In this document: piece after piece, positions 27,131 to 39,400 of the stretch
How the letters are laid out: the number at the start of each line of letters is the position of its first letter
Numbering within the stretch: position 1 is the first letter of the stretch
Assembly (NCBI GenBank): GCA_002633005.1
Contig: NMRA01000144.1
Coordinates: 248,001-312,000, forward strand
Source: Phoronis australis
Taxonomy: Eukaryota > Animalia > Phoronida
Reading direction: 5' to 3'
DNA length: 64,000 nt
Notes under the pieces: generated by a model
Told to the model about the DNA's origin: nothing
What the model saw: only the letters and a program-made list of their open reading frames with translations
Databases searched by the model: none
Position numbers and translations under genes: made by a program

Positions 27131-30100
27131 GACAAAACATGTTACTTTCATTTCCTAAAATAAAAACTTTGTCAGCCAGTTTATTAGTTATACATCTTGG
27201 CACCTCAAATGTACTAAAATGAGAAATTTTCATATAACTGAAATCGATGTGTGAGCACCGTAAAATCCGATTGTCCTTCATGTTTTTCGATATTTTGCAA
27301 CAAGTTAGTTCCTCCTGAATGTTTTGAACATTTTACTACTGATCACTTAGGGCTATAGTACCCCTAAATACCATACATGGCTCCATTTTGTAAAAAGCCC
27401 ATTATGTCCTCCACAGTGAACAGGGTTAGACATGAACTCGACAAATGTAGGTTACATGTATTTTGATTTAGTTGTTTTACTTTGCAATTTCCTCATGGGT
27501 ATTTCTTCACACATATTCAAGTCAGATTTTCTGTTGATCAAATGTTCATGTAATGCATTGTAATATCAAATGAATGATGAGTTAGGTTGCATGACCGCAA
27601 TTTTTCCCACGACTTAAAACAAAAGACCGCAGAAATTTTCCTGACGAAATACCGGGTTTGCAGTTTTGTAAAAACATTCGAATGACACTGTCCATGGCAA
27701 CTCGTCGCATGTTTTTCGCCCATCGGTCCTATCATTGTTTTCCTTTGTTGTGTCATTGTTAGATGTAACAACACAGGTCGCATGGATATAGAACCTTGCG
27801 TACATCAGACCGTTGCCGATAAGTGCTCGTCATTATATCTTTATTATAACAACCGGAAACAATGAAGATGCTAATCTATTGTTCTATATGCGACCAGGTT
27901 TCCAGTGGATGACCACAGAAGAGGAATCCCAAAGTATCCACAAACAATGACCACGCACCTTAGTAACTATTACCGCGCACACGAATCCTTTCCCTGGAAC
28001 CTGAACACCAAATTTTTATATCCGTGTATTGTGTTGTATTGCTCATGGTACGGGTTCAGACTGTTGTATTAAGATTCCAATCCCCAACCCTGTAATATGT
28101 AGTTTGAGTAAAATTTCTAGACAATGCAGGTTTATGNNNNNNNNNNNNNNNNNNNNNNNNNNNNNNNNNNNNNNNNNNNNNNNNNNNNNNNNNNNNNNNN
28201 NNNNNNNNNNNNNNNNNNNNNNNNNNNNNNNNNNNNNNNNNNNNNNNNNNNNNNNNNNNNNNNNNNNNNNNNNNNNNNNNNNNNNNNNNNNNNNNNNNNN
28301 NNNNNNNNNNNNNNNNNNNNNNNNNNNNNNNNNNNNNNNNNNNNNNNNNNNNNNNNNNNNNNNNNNNNNNNNNNNNNNNNNNNNNNNNNNNNNNNNNNNN
28401 NNNNNNNNNNNNNNNNNNNNNNNNNNNNNNNNNNNNNNNNNNNNNNNNNNNNNNNNNNNNNNNNNNNNNNNNNNNNNNNNNNNNNNNNNNNNNNNNNNNN
28501 NNNNNNNNNNNNNNNNNNAGTCTCACTGCGAAAAAGTGATTTCGCAATATCGCTGACAACACTGGAAATCTCTTCTTCACAAACTTGAGGTAGCTTTATT
28601 TACCACATCAATGTTCTTATCAAAACTAACCACCACAAAATGAAAAATTGGCTTGTTGGTTCCAATTCGGCAGCATTTTACAATGAAATGGTCATGAAAA
28701 CATACTTTTGCAACACGGTTTGCATTACAATTGCCCTACGATTACAGTTGTACATACATACTAGACCCAGTAACAAAATTACCCATGGGAACCATAAAAT
28801 GGTCAATTCGCCAAAAAACAAGGAGCCACCAGAGCTAATGTGCCACTACTTTTCAGTACTACAACAAAAAATCATTTGAAGTGGACATAAACTCGCCTAA
28901 AATCACATAAAACAACTGTTGATTTAGACATTTTACCATCACGAAATAGGTATTACTTCCAGGTCACTTTGAGCAATTTCAGAACTTTGAAAGATCTGGC
29001 GATATGCAATTGCTACCACACTAATAATGTGCGATTTTATACACACAGCATGGCCTCAAGGAATAGCAAACTGTAAATTCGCTACAATTCCAGAAATCAC
29101 TTTACATCTGGATAAGGAACAAACTGAGCAAAGTTTATAGAGGTAAATGGTCTAAATCAAAACTTATTACCTCCTGGACAGAATATGGGTTTACAACCCA
29201 GGCAGAAAGATAAGTTAACAAAACCAGCCTAACTGCAACAGGGTCTCAAATTTTAGTAATATATACCCATTTACAAACAAAAATCTACAATGGTAAATAA
29301 AATGCAGAAACATAAATTCAGATCAGTTACGCATGTTCAAAGAAAAGGAATAGTACAGAGGTCAGAAATCATCTAAATGTGATGGCGACACTGAGTAATC
29401 CTGTCAGACCAAAAAATCCAGTGGCTAAACAAAATGAACAATGTACCATTACCATGTGGCCAAGGATCGTGATTTGTGCCTGGACAAAAATTCAGTCTAG
29501 GTAAATTTTAGATTTGTGCTGTTCGCACAAGCAGTTCTGGTGCAAACAAAGCNACTCGAACAAATACTCCCGTTATGAAACTTTTTCTTCGAGCAGTCCC
29601 TATTTCAGTTCCCAAAATCGTGAAATCAAGTTTTACAAATCAGTGTTGTATAAACAGCATGATAAATATCCAGGAAGTTCAGTTGTGTTATACTAATAAC
29701 TTTTACCCGTCTGTAATTAAATTTCTTTGTCTTTATTGCAGAGTGTGCCTTCAACAATCTTTGGATAAGGAAGGCTACCCAGACAACACAACGTACGCAC
29801 TTAGGAACTGCAGCTCATGAACCTATGTATTCAGTTATCTGAGCTCAGAAACACGCGTTTGTAGTCACAAAACATGGATTATTTGCCTGTGAAGCTAAGC
29901 GAGCAGATCCAGCTCAAAAAGATTAAGTGGCTTGTGGTCTACCATAGGGCCCTTTCACATTGACTTAACTCTTGTCTGAGCGGAGCATCGGCGTACACTG
30001 CGAAGTTAACTGGACCGTTCATTCTGACTTCGGTAGTTAATGAACTTCGAAGTAAACAGTAGGTGACGCTGTCGTGATCGAAGGTATCGCAAGGTAGTAC

Positions 30101-31796
30101 TGCACGCTAAGATGTGACAACTTGGGAACATTTACATGTGTTAATTGACATAAAACTTATTTTTAATTTGATTGGTGATTATTATAGCAAGGTATAAGCA
30201 ACTATTAGCCATCACACTACTATGCAACTGTTAATGATAACAGTGGCCCCTGGCAATAACTTGATAATAATAAATTGATCGTTTATACTGCGTGGCAGCG
30301 TTGACACTAAGCAGTTAAATCAACCTGTTTAGTGCGAAGTTAGCTGGCGCTGTTAACTTCCTTCCAGGACCAAAGTTTAAGCGTTCATACTGACATTAAC
30401 TCCCAAAAACGTTGACGCGTCGATGTTAGTATGAAGTTCAGTAGCTTTAAATTAAAGGAAAAAGAATATTTTTGTGATCAAAGGTCTAAGTTTTCTAATT
30501 TCCATCTTGTATAACCAGGTTGTACTTAGAGTTACTTTTAGTGAAACTTGTTCGCACCATGGAGTGTATTGGATTTACTGTTATTATGATTGTCAACAAA
30601 ATGAAACTTTGACTTTTAAATTGATATTTTTAAGGTTGCAAACAATTATAGGTGATTCTAGGCACTTTTTCTAGAACAAGGATTGTACTTCCCAAAATCA
30701 GACCTGTGGCCATTGTCGATAAACTTTTAGTTACCTGTTACGTTTTATGCTTTTGTCTCTGCGGATATTCTTGGATTTTGCATATTAAGTGATTTGTTAT
30801 TCTTGGTGTCATTGCTGTAATTTTAGTTGAAAAAGTCTGCTGTTGAAACGTAGACTTTTGTTGTAGTCCTTCCTGGCTATGTAATCACATTTTCTTTGGT
30901 TGTGTTTCATGATTTGGTAGTGATTTCTCTGTTTGNNNNNNNNNNNNNNNNNNNNNNNNNNNNNNNNNNNNNNNNNNNNNNNNNNNNNNNNNNNNNNNNN
31001 NNNNNNNNNNNNNNNNNNNNNNNNNNNNNNNNNNNNNNNNNNNNNNNNNNNNNNNNNNNNNNNNNNNNNNNNNNNNNNNNNNNNNNNNNNNNNNNNNNNN
31101 NNNNNNNNNNNNNNNNNNNNNNNNNNNNNNNNNNNNNNNNNNNNNNNNNNNNNNNNNNNNNNNNNNNNNNNNNNNNNNNNNNNNNNNNNNNNNNNNNNNN
31201 NNNNNNNNNNNNNNNNNNNNNNNNNNNNNNNNNNNNNNNNNNNNNNNNNNNNNNNNNNNNNNNNNNNNNNNNNNNNNNNNNNNNNNNNNNNNNNNNNNNN
31301 NNNNNNNNNNNNNNNNNNNNNNNNNNNNNNNNNNNNNNNNNNNNNNNNNNNNNNNNNNNNNNNNNNNNNNNNNNNNNNNNNNNNNNNNNNNNNNNNNNNN
31401 NNNNNNNNNNNNNNNNNNNNNNNNNNNNNNNNNNNNNNNNNNNNNNNNNNNNNNNNNNNNNNNNNNNNNNNNNNNNNNNNNNNNNNNNNNNNNNNNNNNN
31501 NNNNNNNNNNNNNNNNNNNNNNNNNNNNNNNNNNNNNNNNNNNNNNNNNNNNNNNNNNNNNNNNNNNNNNNNNNNNNNNNNNNNNNNNNNNNNNNNNNNN
31601 NNNNNNNNNNNNNNNNNNNNNNNNNNNNNNNNNNNNNNNNNNNNNNNNNNNNNNNNNNNNNNNNNNNNNNNNNNNNNNNNNNNNNNNNNNNNNNNNNNNN
31701 NNNNNNNNNNNNNNNNNNNNNNNNNNNNNNNNNNNNNNNNNNNNNNNNNNNNNNNNNNNNNNNNNNNNNNNNNNNNNNNNNNNNNNNNNNNNNNNN

Positions 31797-32002
31797 AAAC
31801 TTAAGTTTTTGAAAAACTTAAGTTTTGGAACAAGTTTTTAGTAACAAACATAAGTCATCAAAACTTAAGTTAGTTCCAAAAAACTTGTTCCAAAATACTT
31901 AAGTTTTCGCCAAAAACTTAAGTTTTCGGGAATGAAAACTTAAGTTTTTCAGACCCAAAACTTAACTTTTTCGATGAAAACTTAAGTTCATTTTTGTAAG
32001 GG
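31797..32002. mobile_element. Right end of a foldback/MITE-type element built from the palindrome AAAACTTAAGTTTT
   Basis: About eight AAACTTAAGTT-type motifs with variable spacers abut an assembly gap and end in TTTTTGTAAGGG (reverse complement CCCTTACAAAAA, terminus-like). Confidence 0.6.
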
Positions 32003-33612
32003 CGCGTAGCAATCATATACACACGCCCCTCTGGATTCGTATAACTATCATAAGTATAACACTTAGACATCAAATTTTGTCAACCGAATTTCACTATAAA
32101 CCTTAACTGCATCAACCTGAGGTCAACCAGATACAAGTGAAAAAGAACAACCCGTGAGGTAAACAGTGAAACCTAGCCGAAAGCCATATTGAAATCACCT
32201 TACATGCAATTATTACACGTCAAGCCGCAAAATACATAACACAACCAATAACAAAGTACACACAATTTTCAACATGAACGTTCAATGTGGCAGTACTTAA
32301 AATAGCGACTGATTGATTCCTAGCCAAGTTTCTTCTGGTTTGCTGTAGTGGGGCTCAGGCGCACGTAGGCGCTTGCCTTTCAATGTAGCGCCTACCCACT
32401 GTAAGTTACGGTAGAGTGGAGCGTAAGCGCACGTAGTTGAAGCCAACAATCTTTTTACATTTTACCACTGCAACCACCGTTTTTCACTTTGACGTAGCGT
32501 CTACGCACCGTGACTGAAAGTGGGGCGTAGTCTCGATATGATACTTTACAGCATCAATGCGCTACGCTGACAGCATTTGTTGCCGAATATTTTGGCACGC
32601 GTGATCACCAGGCATCTGCTCGCCGAGTAATGGAATTTTTATTAATTCAAGATGAAAAAACATCTTTTTTGACATAGGTGGATAAAGGAGGTGGCGAAGG
32701 CCCCCGTGGACACACCACATGGGCAACTAAAAGGCGCCGCCAGCTTTTGAGCATTACACTTCTATTCCTTTATAATTGAGCATGGGCCCCCTTCAGAGAC
32801 CGCTTGGAATGCACATGGACCTTTGCCTTTTGATATGTGTGGTTTCACCCGGCCTCTTTCTCCTACATCCAAGACCCACCACTGTATACTGTATGTAAAT
32901 AGCCACTCGTGAATCAAAAATAAGCCCACATATTTGTGAGTCAGGTTGTGTGAGCTCAATGCACTTTAAAATTCAGCGGTATTGAATTCATGACAAAACA
33001 ATGAATTTCCAAAATAGGTTTTCTATCTTCAAATAATGTTTGCACTTTCCCCTCCTCAGAAACCTAGCTAGCCCTAATTACCAAATAGTACAAATTAATG
33101 CCTTCACCCAAACACGCGCACACGCACACACCATCACTTTTTGCACCATTTGCTTTGGTTATGCAACTGAAACTGAAAAAAATCACCTGGTCACATTTAA
33201 TTCCAGTTAAATCCTGGAATTTAATCTACCCACTGTATCATTTACAGGAACAAACAACCAGGCCTTTTGTTTGATCTTTGCCCAAACATAACTAAGACCT
33301 TAACCACTATGGGAACAATTCATTCAATGAATGCCTTTGGTTATCTCTTTGGAAATATTGTAGATAATTGGTATAACAGCTGCCATAGCAGACAATGAAT
33401 ACCTGACCAACTTAATAATAGGACAGATCATATCCCATTCCCAGCACTGCTCTGTTGACTAGAGGGACTCTGAACAAAAGATAGAGGCAACAGGGTCATG
33501 AACAATGTTAACTTTTATCCCTGCAATAGAGGTCTTTTCATGTTGGAACTGTCTAAAGTATAAATGAGACCAAGAAAGCAACTCAAATTTGGTGGACGAA
33601 AATTCACAACTA

Positions 33613-34246
33613 CCGTATTTGCCCTAATAAACGCCCAAAATTTCTCCAATAAGTGTTTTCAGACTTCGTTAAAAGCGCCCAGCCCATGGACGTGTGCCTT
33701 ACCTAGATTTCTTAAATTTTGCAGTAACATCTTCAATTTATCAATAATATCCGACAGTCCTGAAAACAATCATAGTGCGCGCCAAATTTCTAGACCACAA
33801 GCCTCGCCGCGGTGTCGGTGTTTAGCCGTGAATATACACTTCAAACTTCTGCAGTGCTTCAAAAAGAATTGATTTAAAAATTTTGCAGATCTCACGAGGT
33901 ATGTGTCCTTCTATGGTCTGGCTTTTCAGAACAGACAGTGTACTTGTCAACGGAAGTGAATCTCGCCATCAGTCGGCAAGTTTTCGCCCTGGGATTTCCC
34001 CACAATTTTCTGATAAAGGATCGTAATTTAATGACGAAGTTTGATAGCAATGTACCACAATTTTGTGGAAAGTCGATCTGTCGTAGGCTACAGGCACATT
34101 GCAGAGCATAAATTTGATGAATCCTAGCTTCGGATCTCACCTGTTTCGGACACTGTGTTTTAAAAGCCTTAGGCTCCAATAAGCCCGCCCCCTCTACTGA
34201 AACGAATTTTTCTAAGTGCCCTAGGCGCTTACTAGGGCTAATACGG
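33613..34246. mobile_element. Tc1/mariner-pogo-type MITE
   Basis: TA|CCGTATTTGCCCTAATAAACGCC on the left and GGCGCTTACTAGGGCTAATACGG|TG on the right: ~23-bp imperfect TIR, with the TA TSD intact on the left only. Confidence 0.7.
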
Positions 34247-35055
34247 TGTCTATAAATGAGACCAAGAAAGCAACTTGGATTTAGTGGACAGAAAGTCATA
34301 ACTATATAGCTGTCCATTAATTTAAAAGCAGCCATTGTCAACCCCTCCCATTGTTAATTTACCTAATTACATGGCGAATTATTGTATCTGCCATCAATTG
34401 AAATTTCATCAAGTATGTTGCTCTGACATCAAGTTTTTTTGTCTGCACTCTACATACAGGTTGCACTATTTGTCCAATTGGCAAAAGATTCACCCACAAC
34501 TTCTAGTCCCCGAAGTTCTAGAAGCCTATGGTCGTTCATCATGATCAGATTCAAAATGGCGGACGTGTTGTTCATGTCTATTTTGTTTTCGAAGTCAGAT
34601 TCAAATGCTCATAGAGGCCGCATTTCTATGCGCCCACATACCTATATTTGGGTGCAAATTTGACAGATGGGTTCATATGAAGATGACGACAGAAGAGGAC
34701 GAATTTCGGACGGATCTGACTACCGTTGTGCCCAATAGTGGCAATTTATTTTTTTACATTTACCTCTGTATCTTTAAAGGTCGTCTACGGATTTTTGTGA
34801 AACTTGGCATATAGGCACCTGTTTGTAGGATGATGCTATATTCCTGTTTTCGGAAGGAGTCAAGGTATTTTGCGCCACCTAATGACCATTTTTACTGTTT
34901 TTTGGCATCCGCCTCTCTATAAACCAAACCGCTCTTAAAGAAGATTGTAAAAATGGGCATGCATGTATTTTCTTACTATGAAGAGAAAGCCTGTCGATGA
35001 TTTTCGGATTAATCTGGCTACTGTGGCACCTCCTAGTGGCAGTTTTTCATGTGAA

Positions 35056-35523
35056 GTCTCGCTCGTCAGTCACCTTCCGGCGGTGCCTTCTACATTAATA
35101 TAGTGGGCCTCGCTCATAGGCTGCCTTCCGGAAGGGACCCCATATTAATATCGGGGGCCGCAATCTCTGGCCGCCTTTCGGCGAGGCCCCCTATACTATT
35201 ATATGGGACCTTGCTGAAAGGCAGTCGAAAAGCGGGGTCCACTATATTAATATAGCGGGCTCCGCTCTCCGGTCGCCTTTCGGCAAGGCCTCCTATATTA
35301 CTATAGGGGTCCTCACCAAAAGGTGGCCGGAGAGCGGGGCCCCTCTATATTAATATAGCAGGCCCCGTTCATCGGCCACCTTTCAGCGGGGCCCGCCTAT
35401 ATTAATATAGAGGGCCCTGCTCTCCGGTCGCCTTTCGGCGGGCTTCCTATATTAACATAGGAGAGGCCCTGCTCTCTGGCCGCCTGTCGGCGGGGCGCCC
35501 TTTATTAATATAGGGGGCCTCGC
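35056..35523. repeat. ~51-bp palindromic minisatellite with mixed-orientation GC-rich cores
   Basis: Nine spacers related to the palindrome CTATATTAATATAG start at 35090, 35140, 35191, 35242, 35293, 35345, 35397, 35447 and 35500. They separate cores related to GGGCCCCGCTCTCCGGCCGCCTTTCGGCGGGGCCC. Confidence 0.92.
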
Positions 35524-35692
35524 TTTTGAGGCCTGAAATTTTTTCCCTATGTCATTTTAATAAGAATAATTCATTTCAAACAATAAGCTGTTATTACTCT
35601 TTGATCGAAACCCCTGTCTACGGGTCTGCAATGATTTTATACGAAGTTCTATGACATCTAATCATTACTTTTTACATATTTTTTATTTTCAG

Positions 35693-36066
35693 GAGGACTG
35701 ACTTTCAAACGGACTTTAGTCTCATCGGTAACAACACCTTAGCTGGTGTTCTTAAAGTTCCTGTGGCTGTACTCTCGGCAACAATATCACCTGCAGACCA
35801 AACCAAGATAACGTATACTCTTCATATGAAGAATCTACAAATAATTGCTAAAAATCTTGATCGACCAAACATCAAATACCATAAAATCCAGCGTATACCA
35901 TCAACTCACAGAAGAGCATCTCCAGACACTTTTACATGCAATAGCTTAGGGCGTCAAGCAAAGAAAGATGGAGCATCCATTCTCCACAACATATGCGGAC
36001 ACCAGTGTCATTAGTTATTCTTACGTATTCTTTGAGTCATACTTCGGAATAGACCAGTATTTTGGT
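35693..36066 (+). pseudogene. RecQ-type SF2 helicase fragment, possibly from an AcademH transposon
   Basis: After the acceptor ttattttcag the translation reads DFQTDFSLIG..VPVAVLSATIS..I..TLHM....KNLDRPNIKY, matching RecQ DFRxxY..VPxxALTAT..DRPNIxY. It continues after a frameshift as ..YSYVFFESYFGIDQYFG. Confidence 0.7.
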
Positions 36067-36490
36067 CTATCAGTGCCAGAAAACTGACTGTTTGCACAGT
36101 ATCACTGAGTATACATGGCATGCGCGCACCAAAGGGGGCTCCTTGGCGAAGTGGGTAGAGAAACAAAAAGCCCGAGAAACCGAGACAAAAATCCTCTTCT
36201 AAGCAGGAAGTACCAAAATTCGGCGAACGCACAATTCACAGCTCTGAACGCATCTCGTTTTTGTTTTTTTTTTGTATTTTGGTCTACCAGTGCCAGAAAA
36301 CTGACTGTTTGCACAGTATCACTGAGTATACATGGCATGCGCGCACCTAAGGGGGCTCCTTGGCGAAGTGGGTAGAGAAACAAAAAGCCCGAGAAACTGA
36401 GACAAAAATCCTCTTCTAAGCAGGAAGTACCAAAATTCGGCGAACGCACAATTCACAGCTCTGAACGCATCTCGTTTTTGTTTTTTTTTT
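36057..36490 (+). repeat. Tandem duplication of 217 bp overlapping a dispersed repeat
   Basis: 36057-36273 and 36274-36490 are almost identical. The 36100-36555 sequence is homologous in inverted orientation to ~56066-56310. Confidence 0.9.
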
Positions 36491-37929
36491 AGTAAAAGGT
36501 TGACATTCCCAAAAATTCGAGCCACCCCCACTTTTAAGGTTGAGTGCGCGCATGCATGGAGAGCATAAACAGTGATACGTAACTTTCACACATGAATAAT
36601 TGGCTTAACCGTAAAAAACTTCATCGAATCTAAAGTCGATGCATTTTTAAAATTCTGCGTATGTGTCTTTAAAGGCATCATTCTTCTGCACCTGTCGCAA
36701 ATAGGAAGATGACGTTGATCACAAAATGATTCAGGATTTCCCTGAAGCCTCTTATAAAGGTGTGGACATTATCTGAACGACAACTTAGGCAAAATTGACA
36801 TCATCAAAATAAAATTTTGGTATAATTAAAATTGATTAATTAAGTAAAAGCAACTCGACAATTTCCCATCCCAACAGTGCACTGAACTTTCTTGAATTGA
36901 ATTGAAATATTTTTTAACCGTTGTTGCCTGGACGGTCGCGACCACTGTTCTTCCCAGGGGCTTAGTTAAAACATTTAGGCCCCAATACTATATACAATAA
37001 AATAAAAACAAGGAAATAGAAAAATGATATAAAATAATATAAACTATTAAAATAAGGTAAAATTGCAACAACAGACATAGGTGAAAGTCGTATGAAATAA
37101 TTATACAGTTAACCAAGTCCTTTAGCCTTGGCAACCGCTTAATGACCTGAAATTTTAATACATGTAATTGTTAATCTTTGACTGTGCGCAAAACGAACGG
37201 TTGAATGTGTTCGTAAAAACTTTTAATTTTTCAAACCTTGTCATTCATATGTTTATACTCTTATCTACAGGCCAGTGAAATTTTCTGTTCCTCACTCCTG
37301 CTCACATACAGAATACAGTATACACATGCAATACAAGCTTAAGGCGTCTGCGTTCTAATCCAAGGGCTCATCCATCTTGGATCTCTGTTGCTGCCACGTG
37401 ACTTCGCGTGCACTGTATACACAGTATGAGAAAGACTGGGTCGCCAACAGAAGCGACGTCTTTCGAGAAAATAAAAAATACCCCTTTCACAACACTCACG
37501 GTATGTCTCGTGCGCTCACACCGACGTTTTGTGTTTCTGGGAATGTACAACAGATATAAAAAGGACTCTAATAATTCGATTGGAAAGTGATGTAATACCC
37601 CCCTCCAGCTAGTTGACTTCCGTACACCATGTTGTAAGGTATGCTTGGGATAGCACTCGACAGTTTTTGCTGAATTTGAGCTTAAAAATCTAGGTACTGG
37701 CACATCCAACGCTTTGATCCACAGGGTGTATAAATCCTGAGCATATGAACAGTATACTGGGCCAAAGACTTCAAAAACATCGCACAGAGTTTACTTATGC
37801 TGATTCCAAAGTCAGATTTTCCATCTTTCACGACTACCGCAAAGTGCAACCGGCTAATTAAAGAGGCGAACAAAAATGCACCAAATCAGCAGTTTTCATC
37901 TCAAAGGCACCTTTTAGATGCGATTACTA

Positions 37930-39400
37930 CGAACTGAGAGACAGTGCATGCAGAATGCCAAAACTTTCCTGATTGCAGAACTCATTTGCTAGTAAGAACG
38001 GAGACCTGGGCCCGGTCTCCAATCTCCGTACTCAGACTCATACTCATACTCGAGATTTCATACTCAAAATCGTGCTCACTGGAGTCGTACTCAAAAAAGC
38101 GTATCTAATGTCTTATTTCGAGTAGACTCCAAACGTACTCAAATCTGACACTCATACTCGAGTTGCTATGGAACTCTTTATGATGTGAAGTGCAAAATCA
38201 CGCAAAGCCGCGCTGATTCATCGCTCGCTATTGGAATAGACCACCCCAAGAACTAGGCCTACATTATCGTCTGCTGTCGCTACAACTTCAAGAGTATGTC
38301 TATAACGTGGAATTCTGAGTGTTCTGTAACTGTTATTCATTTTTTAGTTTCAATAAATATTCTTATGCCATTTCTTTGATNNNNNNNNNNNNNNNNNNNN
38401 NNNNNNNNNNNNNNNNNNNNNNNNNNNNNNNNNNNNNNNNNNNNNNNNNNNNNNNNNNNNNNNNNNNNNNNNNNNNNNNNNNNNNNNNNNNNNNNNNNNN
38501 NNNNNNNNNNNNNNNNNNNNNNNNNNNNNNNNNNNNNNNNNNNNNNNNNNNNNNNNNNNNNNNNNNNNNNNNNNNNNNNNNNNNNNNNNNNNNNNNNNNN
38601 NNNNNNNNNNNNNNNNNNNNNNNNNNNNNNNNNNNNNNNNNNNNNNNNNNNNNNNNNNNNNNNNNNNNNNNNNNNNNNNNNNNNNNNNNNNNNNNNNNNN
38701 NNNNNNNNNNNNNNNNNNNNNNNNNNNNNNNNNNNNNNNNNNNNNNNNNNNNNNNNNNNNNNNNNNNNNNNNNNNNNNNNNNNNNNNNNNNNNNNNNNNN
38801 NNNNNNNNNNNNNNNNNNNNNNNNNNNNNNNNNNNNNNNNNNATCATAAAGAGTTCCATAGCAACTCGAGTATGAGTGTCAGATTTGAGTACGTTTGGAG
38901 TCTACTCGAAATACGACATTAGATACGCTTTTTTGAGTACGACTCCAGTGAGCACGATTTTGAGTATGAAATCTCGAGTATGAGTATGAGTCTGGGTACG
39001 GAGATTGGAGACCGGGCCCTGGTCCTCGTACAAATACCACAACACAACACTGTCACAAGTCTAGTTGCAAGTTGTGGTGTCATACTTGTCCGAGGGTTTT
39101 GGTCGCATGTGTACATGTAGCAATCGATTCAAGACCGATGAATGTGTTTTTGATAAGCTTTTACCTGGAGATGTTATTCCGGCGGACTGTGGGTTCGACA
39201 TCCAAGACAATGTTGGGATGGTGGGTACTAGAGCTCTTTCTTCCAGTCTTTATTCAAGGCAAATGACAATTTCCTTCAATAAAAAGAAAGTAAAAGATAA
39301 TTTGCTCATGTTCGCATTCATGTAGAAAGGTTATTGAAACTTTAAGGTTCAAATGCAAGACTTTACAGGACACTATGCTAATTGACATTTTCAATTGAAA
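37930..39400 (+). pseudogene. PIF/Harbinger-superfamily (ISL2EU-like, DDE_Tnp_4) transposase remnant interrupted by a MITE
   Basis: Removing the MITE restores HLLVRTETWSSYKYHNT. Downstream FDKLLPGDVIPADCGFDIQDNVG matches the family motif LxPGDxxLADRGFxI. Several frameshifts. Confidence 0.75.
38009..39018. mobile_element. Young non-autonomous Harbinger-type element with long TIRs and CTG target duplication
   Basis: 38009-38184 is the reverse complement of 38843-39018 (176 bp, about 2 mismatches; the right arm is limited by the gap). CTG flanks both ends (38006-38008 and 39019-39021) in an AC-CWG-GTC context. Confidence 0.88.

Noticed and set aside
35056-35523. CRISPR array interpretation of the regular repeat/spacer pattern
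   Set aside because: The intervening segments are homologous to one another rather than unique spacers, the context is a spliced eukaryotic genome, and no cas genes are present.
37368-37873. Possible minus-strand transposase remnant (DFGISISKL)
   Set aside because: Only one weak motif; no collinear support could be established by eye.
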